In this document: positions 48,501-62,200 of the stretch, piece by piece
How positions within the stretch are numbered: the stretch's first letter is position 1
Layout: each line of letters starts with the position of its first letter
Assembly (NCBI RefSeq): GCF_033153115.1
Contig: NW_026889751.1
Span: forward strand, 27,652,001-27,716,000
Source: Saccostrea echinata
Lineage: Eukaryota
Direction of reading: 5' to 3'
Length of the DNA: 64,000 nt
Notes under the pieces: model-generated
What the model was told of the DNA's origin: nothing
Databases searched by the model: none
Seen by the model: the letters and a program-made list of their open reading frames with translations, nothing else
Position numbers and translations under genes: made by a program

Positions 48501-51500
48501 NNNNNNNNNNNNNNNNNNNNNNNNNNNNNNNNNNNNNNNNNNNNNNNNNNNNNNNNNCAGCTTTCACTTTGATGGTGTGTGTTGCTGCTGGTCATTTTGT
48601 ATTAACTGAGGAATAATCTGTTTGTAGCCTTCACTCGATGGTTTTTACTGAAGATGATATGGCTACAGAGTAAACCAGAGTGTGCAGGATTACATGTTAA
48701 GTGTCAGAAAATTTCTGTGGAACTGCTACAAGTCATCAAATGGGGAGATCTCTTCTCTTTCTCCCAACTCTTGACGGAGCTGATTTATACCATCGCAGGT
48801 ATGTGGAAATTTCCATTTTACATGGTGCCAGCTATCACACCCAACAAAATGTATTAATTTTTTCTTGGTCCTTGTTTGAAGTTAGTTTTTTTTTTTTTCA
48901 AAGCTTGACTCGTTGAACCCCAAGAAGTTTACTATTCCCTGAATTCAAGTTTGTTAGTTTGAACTTAAAATTGATAAACTTCAGCCTAATTATAAGATAA
49001 TGGTGCCTTGGAAACTAAATTTGAAATTTTGTAGCTTAATATGTCTGCTTTTGTTTAACTTTATTCTTAAATAGAACTAGTCAAGATCAATGAAAACCTC
49101 TACAACGGAGATGCTGGGAGCACTCTACGGAGATTTTCTGTAGACAAGGACACGGTGAAGAGGAGCTTAAGGGACCCAGTAAAGGTACGAGTTATTACAC
49201 AGTATGCAGCCTAAAAAAAGCCTTACTTGAATATCCTTGGAAAAAATTTTAAATGAAAATCATGGGGATTTCATAGATATTCATGAGAAAAAATTATTTG
49301 GGGGGGGGGGGGGCATAAGTGTTTCATAAACATCTCTTGTTTTAATTACAGGATGATGTAGAAACTGAAACAGACATCATCACTATACCAAGTTTGGACA
49401 TATTTACAGTAGAGGAGTGTGAAAGTTTACAGATGAACTTAACGTAAGTATATTGAAGGGGGGGGGGGGGGATTTTCGTGGATTGCTGAAATTGTACAGA
49501 TTTATTATTGTCAAAGGAAGTTTTGTACACCTGCATAATGTATAACAATTTCCTTTCAGCATTGAATTCTACAAAGAAAATTTAGTCAGTTTAAAATTTT
49601 TTTTTTATTGTTAAAATAACGGTCTATTTCTATTTCTAGGAAAGTATTACTGTCCTTGTGTGATGACCTTGATTTGGTGGGGAATCCCCTGTGTGACGTG
49701 GTTTGGGGAGCCATGTGCTGCCATCTGGAATTTTATGATCTGGAGATGAAAATTGTGAGTAGATTTCTGATTCCACCAAGAATCCTTCAAAGTTAGCATT
49801 CAGATTGCATTTGCGATTTTTGCCATTTCTTTCAAAATCCTATTCCTGCAATACCAAAGAAATGGGATTTTAATATTTTTCAATTCTGTTTTTTTTTTTT
49901 TTTTCATTTTTGTGTCTGAACTCTAAATTTCCAACATTGCAGAATTAACTTATTATATACTGTATCTTATTTATATGTGTTTGGTGAACTTTAATTCCTG
50001 TAGGAGTCCCTGAGAGTAATTGAGAAGTTGTTGTTGGAGGGACTTCCACAGATTCACATACACGACTACTTCATTGCCTGCCTTAGTGCTCTAGTAGAAC
50101 TGCTGTGTGAGGGCTGTAAGGAGGCAGAAATCAGGTAGTATTTGAATGATTGGGTCTGAGCTTCATACAGTAAAACATTGACACTTATAGCGAAGGGATT
50201 TTCATCATTCTCCATGTCTTTTAAATATATTGTGAATTTTAACAGATGTAACGAATTATGTTTATAACGAAGCAAAATTGTCCATCCCTGGTACTTTGTT
50301 ATAAGCGTGTTTTACTGTATTTAGAATGACATTTTTACTTGGCCTGCTGTGTGGTTGGTTTGATTAAAAAATAAAACCTTTCCCAAATACCGGTATTTGG
50401 ACATGTATATGTGTGAAGATAGCTTATGTCTTGTTTCATTCTTGTAGGATGTTTTAGTAAATAATATACAGTATGTACATGTACTTGTGAAGAAGTCTCT
50501 ACAAAATCCAGTGATCAAAATTAAAAACGATCTGAGGATCAGTGATTTTCATTTAGCATGTCTGACATCCAAAAGTCAATAGCAAGGGTTGTCATTGATT
50601 TCAATGCAGTTTCTGAATTGTGTTTCCAATGCTTTAGACACTTTTACAGTATATTTTTAGGGTGTGTGTGCATGTTCTATCAATATTCCTTATTAAAATT
50701 GGATCAAAAAGTAAGGTTATCAGTATGATCCAAATCTAGAACAATCTGTGTTTTAGGTAAAGATATTACCTATTTAAACTTCAGCTCTCCAAAGTTTTCT
50801 GTGAATATTCCCTGTATATGTAAATCAGATATTGTAGTGGAGTCCTGTATACAGGATTATTTTTGCTTCTTGGTATTTTCACACTTTTACACTTTTAATT
50901 TTGCCCCATTTTAAGTTATTCCAGACACAGCAGTTTTGTTCAAAGAGAGTTAACTGTTGAATTGCTCCGTTTTAATTTTCCATCTGACAACAAGATTGAA
51001 GGAGTTGAAAATAAAAGGAAGACAATAAAATTTCCCTATTAACATGTCTTTTCTGATTCCACAGTGAAAGGCAGACACTAGAGGAGAGGACGGCCCAGGT
51101 TCTGTTGAGTGTGTGTCTGGCCGACAAGAAGCCCCTGACCCCCAATCACCTGTCAGACTTCCAGCACCAAAACATCCTACAGAAAATATGTCACCACATC
51201 CAACAACATGGCTTCCACAACATGGTTACTGTTGCCATGGCAATGTCCTTGTCTGACCTACTGAGTCATTGCTTAGAGGCTCTTACTGTAGTTGGTCCCT
51301 TGGAAGGGGAAACTAAACACATCAAAGACCAAGTCTTTTCAGTACTGTTACAGGAAGTTGGAAAGAATACTAGGTCAAAGGTAAGTAAAAGTATGAAAGG
51401 TCAAGTGACATTAAACTGAGTTTAAAAAGTTATTTTTGAAAATAATTGAGATAAATGGTTTTCTGATTTTTTTTGGTTTTGTGTGCAGTACCTGGTGAGG

Positions 51501-54500
51501 CCTCTGGTGATTTTGTTAATGTCTGACATCAGACAGACGTACAGTGGACTAACAGATACATCAGTTACCATGGCAATGGACAAAACAGATACAGGTGCCT
51601 CACAGTTTAAACGCAAAAGGTAATTTACATGTATATATCACAAATACATGTACATGAAAAATTCATCAATGTATCAGATTAAAGAATGTAAGAATTTATT
51701 GACTTGTCTTGATCATTTTTTTTAACAGAAAGGCAGATGAACAGCCTACCCAACAGAAGGCAAAACCACCACACAGATACCTGAGACTGAAATCAAAGAT
51801 TAAAAAACTAATCAGTAGCTTAAAGGACCCAAACCAGGTAAAGAATGGGGTTAATTTATCACACCACACTGGAACATCATTGGTGGATGTATTTGACCTT
51901 TTATTTATTGTATACAGGACAAGCATGCAGAGATTTTGGAGGGGATTCACACAGCTATAAAGGTGATCAGTGTGGGCGTCATGACAAGTTCTGAGGCTTC
52001 ATCTAACCACAAGAAAATGTAAGTACCTCTACACTAAAGCTAATAAAACAGGGCTTTCATCTTACCACAAGAAAATGTAAGTACCTCTAGACTAGAGTTG
52101 ATAAAACAGAGGCTTCTTCTAACCACAAGAAAATGCAAGTTCCTCTACACTAGAGCTAATAAAACAGGGCCTTCATCGAACCACAAAAAACGTAAGTACC
52201 TCTAGACTAGAGTTAATAAAACTGAGGCTTCCGCTAACCACAAGAAAATGTAAGTTCCTCTCTAAGAAAATGTGAGGTTTTGTGTGGTCTTCAAAGTGTA
52301 TTGTAATATCCACTTTTTCATGGGGTCAAATATTCCCTGTTTGAGGAATATACATTGGTTTGTGGGGATTTTATTTTGTAATTGATGAAGTGTAACATTG
52401 TCTTGATTACAATTGTAACATTTCATGTTGTCTTGATTACAATTGTAATATTTCATGGAGGACATGAATTTCTGGTTTCTTTCTACCAGACAAACAAAAA
52501 AAAATAACCCCCACGAAAATAAATGATTTCATAGTAAGTTCCTCTTTAGCTAATAAATGTGAGTCTTCATATAACCAAGAATAAATATGTTATTTTCTAA
52601 GCCCCCCCCCCCCCACCAAAAAAAAACACCCAAGTCTTCACCTTCCCCCTAACAATGCAAGTTCTTCTGAAATAGGTTTTTATTATGGAAAGGTTTCAAT
52701 CTGCTCTATGGTTTTGTTTGTATTATCAGTCTTCCAGAAGATGCAAGCTCTTTGTTGTTATGGTTACCACGTGACCTTGTGGAGAGTGTCCTTGACACCT
52801 GGAAGTTGACCTTGCAGTACAGTCACCACTGGAATCCTGATGAACTGAATATAAACACACTGTCTATTGTTAGGTCAATAGTGGCCCTGCTAGACACACA
52901 AGGTATTATCTAAAGACTTTTAGAAAGATTAAAAATCCAATACATTGATTCGTAAACTTCATTTTTTGCTGACCAGTCTACCTGTTTACCTTTTACTGCT
53001 AAACTTTTTGAATACATTAACATTAATGATAGTTCATTTCTATTAAATGCATGGGTGTTAAGCCATCAGTCTTACAATCAGTCACAATTAATTGTTGGAT
53101 GTGAAGAAACTGATAATCTCAGATGATTTAATCAGTTAAAATTTCAAAGAAAAGCAATTCACATCTCCTTTTTTGAACCATTATTTTAGCTTCTTAATTC
53201 TGTGAGGTATATGTGTTACATACATGTATGAAGAGAATAAATAAATATAGTGTTTGTCACAATTTGTGATAATGGTATGGAAATATTCCCTCGCTGTAAC
53301 CAAATCTTTGAAAAAGAACAAAGAGTAAGTGCAAACAAGTTTATTATAGTGCTCCAAAAAAAAAATGCAAAGAATATCTGCACACCTCCACACACACACA
53401 ACACGCACATCTACAACACTCGCACAAATAAAAAAAAAAAAAACAAAAAAAAAACCAAACAAACAAAATAATAATAAACAAAAAAAATAATGATAGTATC
53501 AATATACCGACTATAATAGAGTCATACCAGACCCGACAAATGTTTTATTGCCATGTGCGAATAAAATCAAAATCGGAAACACTGACTGGCGAGACCACAG
53601 AGGTTGACCCAAGACGTTACCGTATACTGTTCATAGACACACAGTCGTTGGTTACTCATGGAATTACGGTTACAACACTGTCCAAAGGTCGCACGTCCCT
53701 CTAGCCTTCAACGCCTTAGTACGTAGAATTTCCTCGAATGTCTCAGTATGCCATAATGTTCATCTGCTACTGTAAACACGCACATACACAGCTGGTCACC
53801 TATAATAACACATTATTTAAAGGTCTGGGTTTCCATAGTCGGTAATAAACGCATTCATAAGGAATACTTGAATATGTCGGGTACAATATCTAGTACAAAT
53901 AAAACTGAACTTAACAAAGTAATGAAATAATAACTTTTTCTTTAAAAAAAAAAAATAACAAAAAAAACCTAGCTAACAAAATATACAGTTCAAACTCACC
54001 GCTGCCAAAGTTCTCAAAATTACTCTACTGTCCACACAGGAAAACTTCTCGAACACACACAAAACATTCAGGCCCAAAGCACGTAGCTATTTCTCTCGCG
54101 ACCACACAGGTCATACAACATTTGTACTTAGGAAGGACACACCTTCTCACTTCTACGGCCTGCTCAGAACTAACTTACACGTAGACAAAATTGTTAAAAC
54201 CGGTCTGGCAGCCGTGACCAGCTATCCGTAACGACTATACGATGAGAATGAACCTATGGTACACCATAACCAACATAATCAAATTAAACAAAATTGTGAC
54301 AATACCTCCCCTTTTAAGTTTCAAAATTGGAAATCATATTTTGAGAGTAAACATGAAACAACTATATTTACAAAACATGACGACTCAAAAAATCAGCGCC
54401 CACGTTATCAACACCTTTGATAGCATGAACTACAAAATTATAGGACTGCAGAAAGATGGCCCAGCGCATTAACCTACCATTTGAAACTTTTGATCTGTTC

Positions 54501-57500
54501 AGATACACCAATGGCTGATGATCTGTCTGCAAAAGGAAAGTCCTACCGTACAAGTATGCCTGAAATTTTCTTACAGCCCATACAATAGCTAAGCACTCTT
54601 TCTCAATCACAGAATAACTTCTCTCTCTTTCATTCAACTTTCTACTGGCATATGCCACTGGAAACATTTTCTCATGCATTTGCAATAAAACAGCACCTAT
54701 TCCGTAGTCGGAAGCATCTGTTCTGAGAAAGAAATCTCTTTTAAAGTCTGGGAGTCTCAGAATTGGGGCATGTAACAGTAATGACTTTAAATTCATAAAA
54801 GATCTCTCATGTTCATCGCACCATTCAATTTTATTTGGGGTGCCTTTTTTAGTCAAATCCGTCAAAGGACAAGCAACAACAGCAAAATTGGGAACAAACT
54901 TACGGTAATAACCAATCAGTCTCAAGAAAGAATGTACCTGTTTCTTGGTTTCAGGACGAGGGGCATTCTTGATTGCTTCAAGTTTGTCATTATTAGGTCG
55001 CATTACACCATTTCCAACTGAGTGACCTAAAAAATCAAGTGAGCTAAAACCTATAAAACATTTAGAAGGTTTTGCATTCAGTTTCCCCGACCGTAGTCTT
55101 TCTAATAGACACCTAATAGACACCAAATGTTCTTCCCAAGTTTCAGAATGAGTTAAGATGTCGTCAATGAAACTATCGGTATCTTTTAAATCTTTCAACA
55201 GAACACGCATCATACGATTAAATGTGGCCGCCGCGTTTGATAAACCGAATGGCATTACTTTGAACCTAAACAAACCATCAGGAGTGACGAATGATGTCAG
55301 GTCTTTGTCCTCATCCCTCATAGGAATTTGCCAGTATCCTTTGCAAAGGTCTACTTTAGTAAAATACTTACTTTGTCCAATTCTAGCAAAAATTTCCTCG
55401 GGATCAGGCATTGGTTCGGCATCAAACACTGTCACCTTGTTTAGCTTTCTAAAGTCGATGCATATTCTCTTAGAACCATCAGCTTTCTTGGCAACAACAA
55501 TAGAGCTGGCGTACGGAGATTCGGACGGCTCTATAATGTCCATCTCAATCATTTTCTTGATTTCTTCCCTAACGGAATCACGCAAAGCAAATGGAATTTG
55601 ATACAGCTTGTTGCGAATAGGATCCGTAGTTGTCAGATGTATCTCATGTTGAGCCAAATGAGTAAGATTAGGTAAATCAGACAAAACATCTTTGAATTCT
55701 GATAAAATCTTTTTGACGTCCTCTTGTTGCGATTCAGTCAGATCCGCGTCAACATTCACGTTTTCAAATGTTTCCTTGGCTTCGGAAGGCGGTATCTCTA
55801 GAGGGAAATCACTCTCGACTTCTAAATTCTCACCATCTTGAGGTATTTCTTCTTCTATGACAGAGCAAGAACTAAGAACTTCAGGTGAATTTGTTTCTCT
55901 TTCAACATACTTCTTCAAAAGGTTAGCGTGGAAAGTCTTGATTTTGCCCTGAACATCAACTTTGTAGTCAGCCATTCCACATTTGGAAACGATGGTAAAT
56001 GGACCCTTCCATTGCATGAGTAGCTTATTTTTGTCCGTTGGAAGGAGGATTAAAACCTTGTCCTGGACACTGAATGAACGTGAACTTGTTTTCCGATCGT
56101 AATATTTCTTATAGCGCTGACTGGACTTCTGTAAGGACTTTCTAGCTAATTCACATGTCTCTTCTAAGCGCTCTTTCAAGTCGATCACATATTGATAAGT
56201 GCTCTTGACTTCTGGGTCTTTTAATTCCTTCGTCCACATCTCTCGTAGAACTGTCATCGGTCCCCGGACTGATCGACCATATAATAATTCAAATGGGGAA
56301 AAACCCATGCTATCTTGAGGAACTTCGCGGTATGCAAACAATAAAGGTGCTATATACCTGTCCCAGTCTTTGGGTCTTTCAGCAGCCATACGTCTAAGCA
56401 TTTGTTTAAGTGTTCCATTGAACTTTTCAACTAAACCATTGCAGGCAGGATGGTACGGAGTGGTTGTTAGTTGTGCAATGGAAAGTAGACGACCTACCTC
56501 TTTCATAAGGTTAGACGTAAACTGGGTTCCCATATCTGATAAAATCTCCTTAGGAATTCCAAGTCTAGTGAAGAATTCAAACATTGCCTCAGCAACACGT
56601 TCCGTCTCAATGCCTTTCAGTGCGACGGCTTCAGGGTACCTTGTACTGTAATCTACCATAGTGAGTACATACCTATTCCCACGATCGGTTGCTGGAAAAA
56701 TTGGCCCAATCAAATCTACAGCAACTCGCTCAAATGGAGTATCAATGAGGGGCATTGACTCTAGTGGAACTGGGGAGACCTTACCTTTTGGTACGGTTCG
56801 CTGACACATGTCGCAGGATCTACAATATCTTCCAACATCTCCTTGTACTCCAGGCCAATAAAAGTTAGACAATACCCTATCCGTTGTCTTTTTAATTCCC
56901 AAGTGACCAGACAGTACACAATCATGTGCAAGTTTCATAACTGTAATGCGGTGTGGTGAGGGAACAACAAACTGTCTAAAAATGTTATTGCTACTCACCT
57001 TCGGAGACTGAAAATATCGGAACAACAGATCATCTTCAATGACAAACCAAGACACATTCTGTTGTCCTGTGAACTTCCGAACACCAGTCCTTGCATATTC
57101 CCGATACTTATCCAGTGTAGCGTCCTCATTTTGTGCAACTCTCATATCATCTACTGAGGTAAAATTGTCAGTGATACTAGTTAACTTCAATGTTTTGTAC
57201 TTTTCTTTTTCCTTCTGAACTTGATTTCTTGTCTGTACGGCTGAGCCTACCACCAATTCTTGTGTATCGATTTCCACAACTTCGTTGTTATTTCTGCGAG
57301 TGTCCCATTTTGGATCAGGGTCTGATGGATCTCTGGCGCCGTCTATATTACCTATGATTAAACCATAGACTGGGTTGTTCATACATAGAGCTTTGACCTT
57401 ACCTGATATGAACGGTGTATGTATGTTGATGTACGCCTCAGGAACTTTCCGGACAGTTCCGTCAATGAGTACACATTCCACATTCCGCCCTGTCAGCTGG

Positions 57501-59190
57501 TCTTGAGAAACTAGACTGTGTTTTACTACAACCCCACTGCATCCACTGTCTCGCAGAACCTCCACAGAATGATTACCTACATACCCATCTGAAACTGGCA
57601 TATTATGACAAACACGACAAGCTCCACCAATAACTGGTAACATATGTCCACAGCGTAATGTTACTTGATTGTTCTGTATACAACAATCTTTTAGTTTATC
57701 TGACAAAATGCACAAAGAACCTACATGTTTACCTGATTCAGGGGATTGGTTTCCTAGTTGATTCTCTACCTCAACATCCAATTTCTGGAGCTGTGACTTC
57801 GTAGATCGGGAAGTAACCCTTGATGAAGAACCAGAGGTTAACATCGCTGCGCTTTTGTAAGTGTGGGTACGAATTCCTTTCTTAAGCCTGTCAAAACAAT
57901 CTCTAGCGATGTGTCCAGTTCGACCACACTCATAACACTTTCTATCATTCTTACCTGTACTTGAAAAAGGTTTCTTTTGAACCGTTGTTGATGTTGACCT
58001 CACATCATCGGTCGCTACTCGATAATTTGTGCGATCGTAAGAAAATGAAGAAGTGCCATGCGCTTCAATAAACTGTTCTGCTAAACGCGTCATTTCCTTA
58101 ACATCTTTCGGGTGACGTTCTCGTAAGAAAGTAGCTAAAGTCTTACTACAACTTGAAATAAATTGTTCGCGCAACATAAGATCTTTTAAGCCTTCAAACG
58201 TTGATGGGGATATCGCGAGTTCCATCCACCTTTTCAGATAATTGTCTAAACGCGCGAAGAATTGAGGGGGATTCTCCCCTTTTTCTGGCTTGCTACCTCT
58301 GAATTTCTCGCGGAAACCTTCTTCAGACAATCTAAACCTCTGAAGCAACGAACATTTGAGCTTATCATAATCAAATGCATCGCCAGGAGATAAACGAGAG
58401 TAAACCTCAAGAGCAGTACCTGTAAGCAAAGCACTAAGATTTATTGACCATGTATCCTTAGACCATTTAGCATTTTCTGCAAACCTTTCAAATCTTTGTA
58501 GATAAGCGTCAATACAGTCTCTTTGATCATTAAATGGAGGAAGTTTGGGCAACTTAGCACGACTTTGAACAGACACATCAGGGGACATGGGGGTACTTTG
58601 ATGCTTAGAGTTAATTTCTAATGCTAATGCCTCTGCTTTTGCTCTCTCTAACTGAATTTGTTTTTCCAACAATGCCAAATGATTGTTTGATTCTTTCATT
58701 TGCATCTCCATGCTCAACTCTTTTTCTTTTCTCCTAGACTCTTGCTCACATTGCACTATCTGCAAATCAAGTTCTTTCTCTTCTCTTTTCGCCTCTCTTT
58801 CCTTTGCTCTCTCCTCTCTTAACAATTTATCTTCTTCAATTTTTCTTTCAGCTCTCTCTTTTTCTCTAACATATTCTAACAACTGATCTCCTTGCAAACC
58901 TAACTTTTGCCCAATCTCTACTAATTTCTCTAACTCTTTCTCCATTTTCAAAGTTCAGTTAAATCAGCGTAAGGATAATGTGATCTTAAATATTTCCATC
59001 CCGGACGAGCCCCCAATTGTCACAATTTGTGATAATGGCATGGAAATATTCCCTCGCTGTAACCAAATCTTTGAAAAAGAACAAAGAGTAAGTGCAAACA
59101 AGTTTATTATAGTGCTCCAAAAAAAAAATGCAAAGAATATCTGCACACCTCCACACACACACAACACGCACATCTACAACACTCGCACAA

Positions 59191-59221
<31 letters not shown>

Positions 59222-62200
59222 CAAACAAACAAAATAATAATAAACAAAAAAAATAATGATAGTATCAATATACCAACTATAATAGAGTCATACCAGACCC
59301 GACAAATGTTTTATTGCCATGTGCGAATAAAATCAAAATCGGAAACACTGACTGGCGAGACCACAGAGGTTGACCCAAGACGTTACCGTATACTGTTCAT
59401 AGACACACAGTCGTTGGTTACTCATGGAATTACGGTTACAACACTGTCCAAAGGTCGCACGTCCCTCTAGCCTTCAACGCCTTAGTACGTAGAATTTCCT
59501 CGAATGTCTCAGTATGCCATAATGTTCATCTGCTACTGTAAACACGCACATACACAGCTGGTCACCTATAATAACACATTATTTAAAGGTCTGGGTTTCC
59601 ATAGTCGGTAATAAACGCATTCATAAGGAATACTTGAATATGTCGGGTACATTATCTAGTACAAATAAAACTGAACTTAACAAAGTAATGAAATAATAAC
59701 TTTTTCTTTAAAAAAAAAAAAATAACAAAAAAAACCTAGCTAACAAAATATACAGTTCAAACTCACCGCTGCCAAAGTTCTCAAAATTACTCTACTGTCC
59801 ACACAGGAAAACTTCTCGAACACACACAAAACATTCAGGCCCAAAGCACGTAGCTTTTTCTCTCGCGACCACACAGGTCATACAACATTTGTACTTAGGA
59901 AGGACACACCTTCTCACTTCTACGGCCTGCTCAGAACTAACTTACACGTAGACAAAATTGTTAAAACCGGTCTGGCAGCCGTGACCAGCTATCCGTAACG
60001 ACTATACGATGAGAATGAACCTATGGTACACCATAACCAACATAATCAAATTAAACAAAATTGTGACAGTGTTAAATATTGTTTTATGTAGAGTGGACTG
60101 ATCATGAAGATACAATGTGCTGGATATTGTCGTTACCATGGTTACTTGTAAGTACATGTAGATATAAGACCCTAAGCTGTTCAATGTCTCAATTTGAGTT
60201 GCATCTAAAACCTCAATATCTTGTGCATGACAGCACTTTGGAAAAACTTTGAGATTTCAGAGAAGAAGTTGAAACTAAAATTTGATTCAAGTCTGCGACT
60301 GCCAACTGAATTTGACTTGTACTGAGTATAATTTGACTGATCCATGTCATAGAAACCAAAGTTTAACCATTAAATTGCTAATCAAATCCACTATTTTATT
60401 TCCACACAATTTGACTGATCCATGTCATAGAAACCAAAGTTTAACCATTAAATTGCTAATCAAATCCACTATTTTATTTCCACACAGAATGATCCCTCAT
60501 GGATGGACCTGAAACCAGCAGAGACTAAGACAGTCAGCAAGATCAGTCAAGAAATCTCAGAAAAATTGGGTGAAAATTACTTTTGCAAATACATGCAATT
60601 AAGAGCATTTCAGAAATAGAGATTGCTCTCAGGTTTATATCAGATATGTTTGAAGAGAATTTTATCATTGTATCTGTGTTCATTGCAGATAATGAAGTCA
60701 GATGTGAGTGTCTTAGAGGGTTGTCTTTGTTGCCTAAAGACGTTTCCCCCCAGTGGAGGGTACATGTGTACCGGCAAGCATGTGTAAGTAACCCAACCCC
60801 ACATGTAGATATGTAATAAAATGTAACTTAAAAGTATTACAGATTTACAAATGTTACTTCTGTGTTAACAGACAGACTCCGATACTGAAGTGAAAATAGC
60901 AGCTGTCCAGTGTCTACCCATGTTACTGGTTCATCTGGGACCAAATGCAAATCACCTGGTTCATGACCTTTTGCTGTATGTTTTTGTTGGTTTTAATCCT
61001 TGAGTGGATAACGATGATGAAATCCAATGATATGTTATGAAAAGTTTTTTTGATGTCTCTTTAATACCATTTTTATTATGATAGACCTATGGTCAATAAA
61101 CCTGATTCTGTGACCCAGGAAGCTTTAGTCTCAATAGCTGGAATTCTGGCCTGTGTCATTTGTAGAAAGGCTGTACTCAGGTGAGTCATTCAGGCCCATT
61201 GTTCACAGCAATTATTATTTTGATGTACAGTGGAGCTTTGTTAATCTGAATGCCAATAATCCGGATGATTTGCTTGGGAACACAAGCGACTGGATTAATG
61301 AAGAGCATAGAAGCAGTTGTAGAAATTAATGAAGACTTCAACTTCTAACTTTTTTTTTTCAGAAAAGAGAGAAATAAGTTTGCTTTGGTGGATCACTGTC
61401 GTAAGATCCAGTGTTTATCTTGTGACAACCTGCTGGGTGGGTATTTTACAAAATCACCGGAGTCACATGACTAATTGCTATCTCTTCCAAAATCAAGTTC
61501 TTATTCTCATCAATAATAATGACAGTAATTATAATTTAATAATTATTGTACAAATGAAAGTTGGAAATTTTGTCTAATGTAGATATTAGGAGATTAAATA
61601 CATTATTAGGTACAGCGGGAAGTTCCCCTATTTTGGTAGATTGATTTCTGTTTTCAGATAAACATGAGAATGCTTCATCAAAAGAGAGACCCAAACTTGT
61701 CGATCCAAATATGTTTTCACCTTTCCTGAATCTTATCGGCAGACACAACACTCAAGTGAAACTAAGTCAGTATTTTATTTTTCTTTTTACAAATTAAGAT
61801 TATGACAATTAAAAGAATTGCAGTTGATGCTATGTACATGTATGAGATAAATATTTGTATAACATTCATCCAAATAAATGTTTTAAATTAATATTGATTG
61901 ATTAATCGTTTATTGTTTAACGCCGAGTCCGCAATATTTCAGCCATGCTTCGGCGGATATTAGATTAATAAAGGGAATGATAAATTCTACACAACAGCCT
62001 ATAAATCATTTGTTATACATGTATAATTATGGTATAATTGTGGTCTCATAAAAGCAGTTAGCCTTGCACAATAATATAACCAATTGCTTTAAATCAAACA
62101 GAATTATTTAAGAACACTATCCCCATCTGTTTTAAGTAAACAGGCTTAAACATTTAGTGCCATAGGAAAGAAAAAAACAGCATTCAAATTTGACCCTATA

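Larger units (their letters stand above)
53255..60068 (-). mobile_element. Full-length Gmr1-like Ty3/Gypsy LTR retrotransposon
   Basis: LTRs 53255-54301 and 59018-60068 (TG..CA, 11-bp terminal IR tgtcacaattt, only ~4 substitutions seen outside poly-A runs); 5-bp TSD gtgtt; PBS and PPT present. Confidence 0.95.

Noticed and set aside
48254-48616. ORFs spanning the X run
   Set aside because: Artefacts of the assembly gap.
53181-53471. Duplicated small ORFs at 53181-53471 and 58964-59237
   Set aside because: Low-complexity LTR sequence; duplicated only because the LTRs are.
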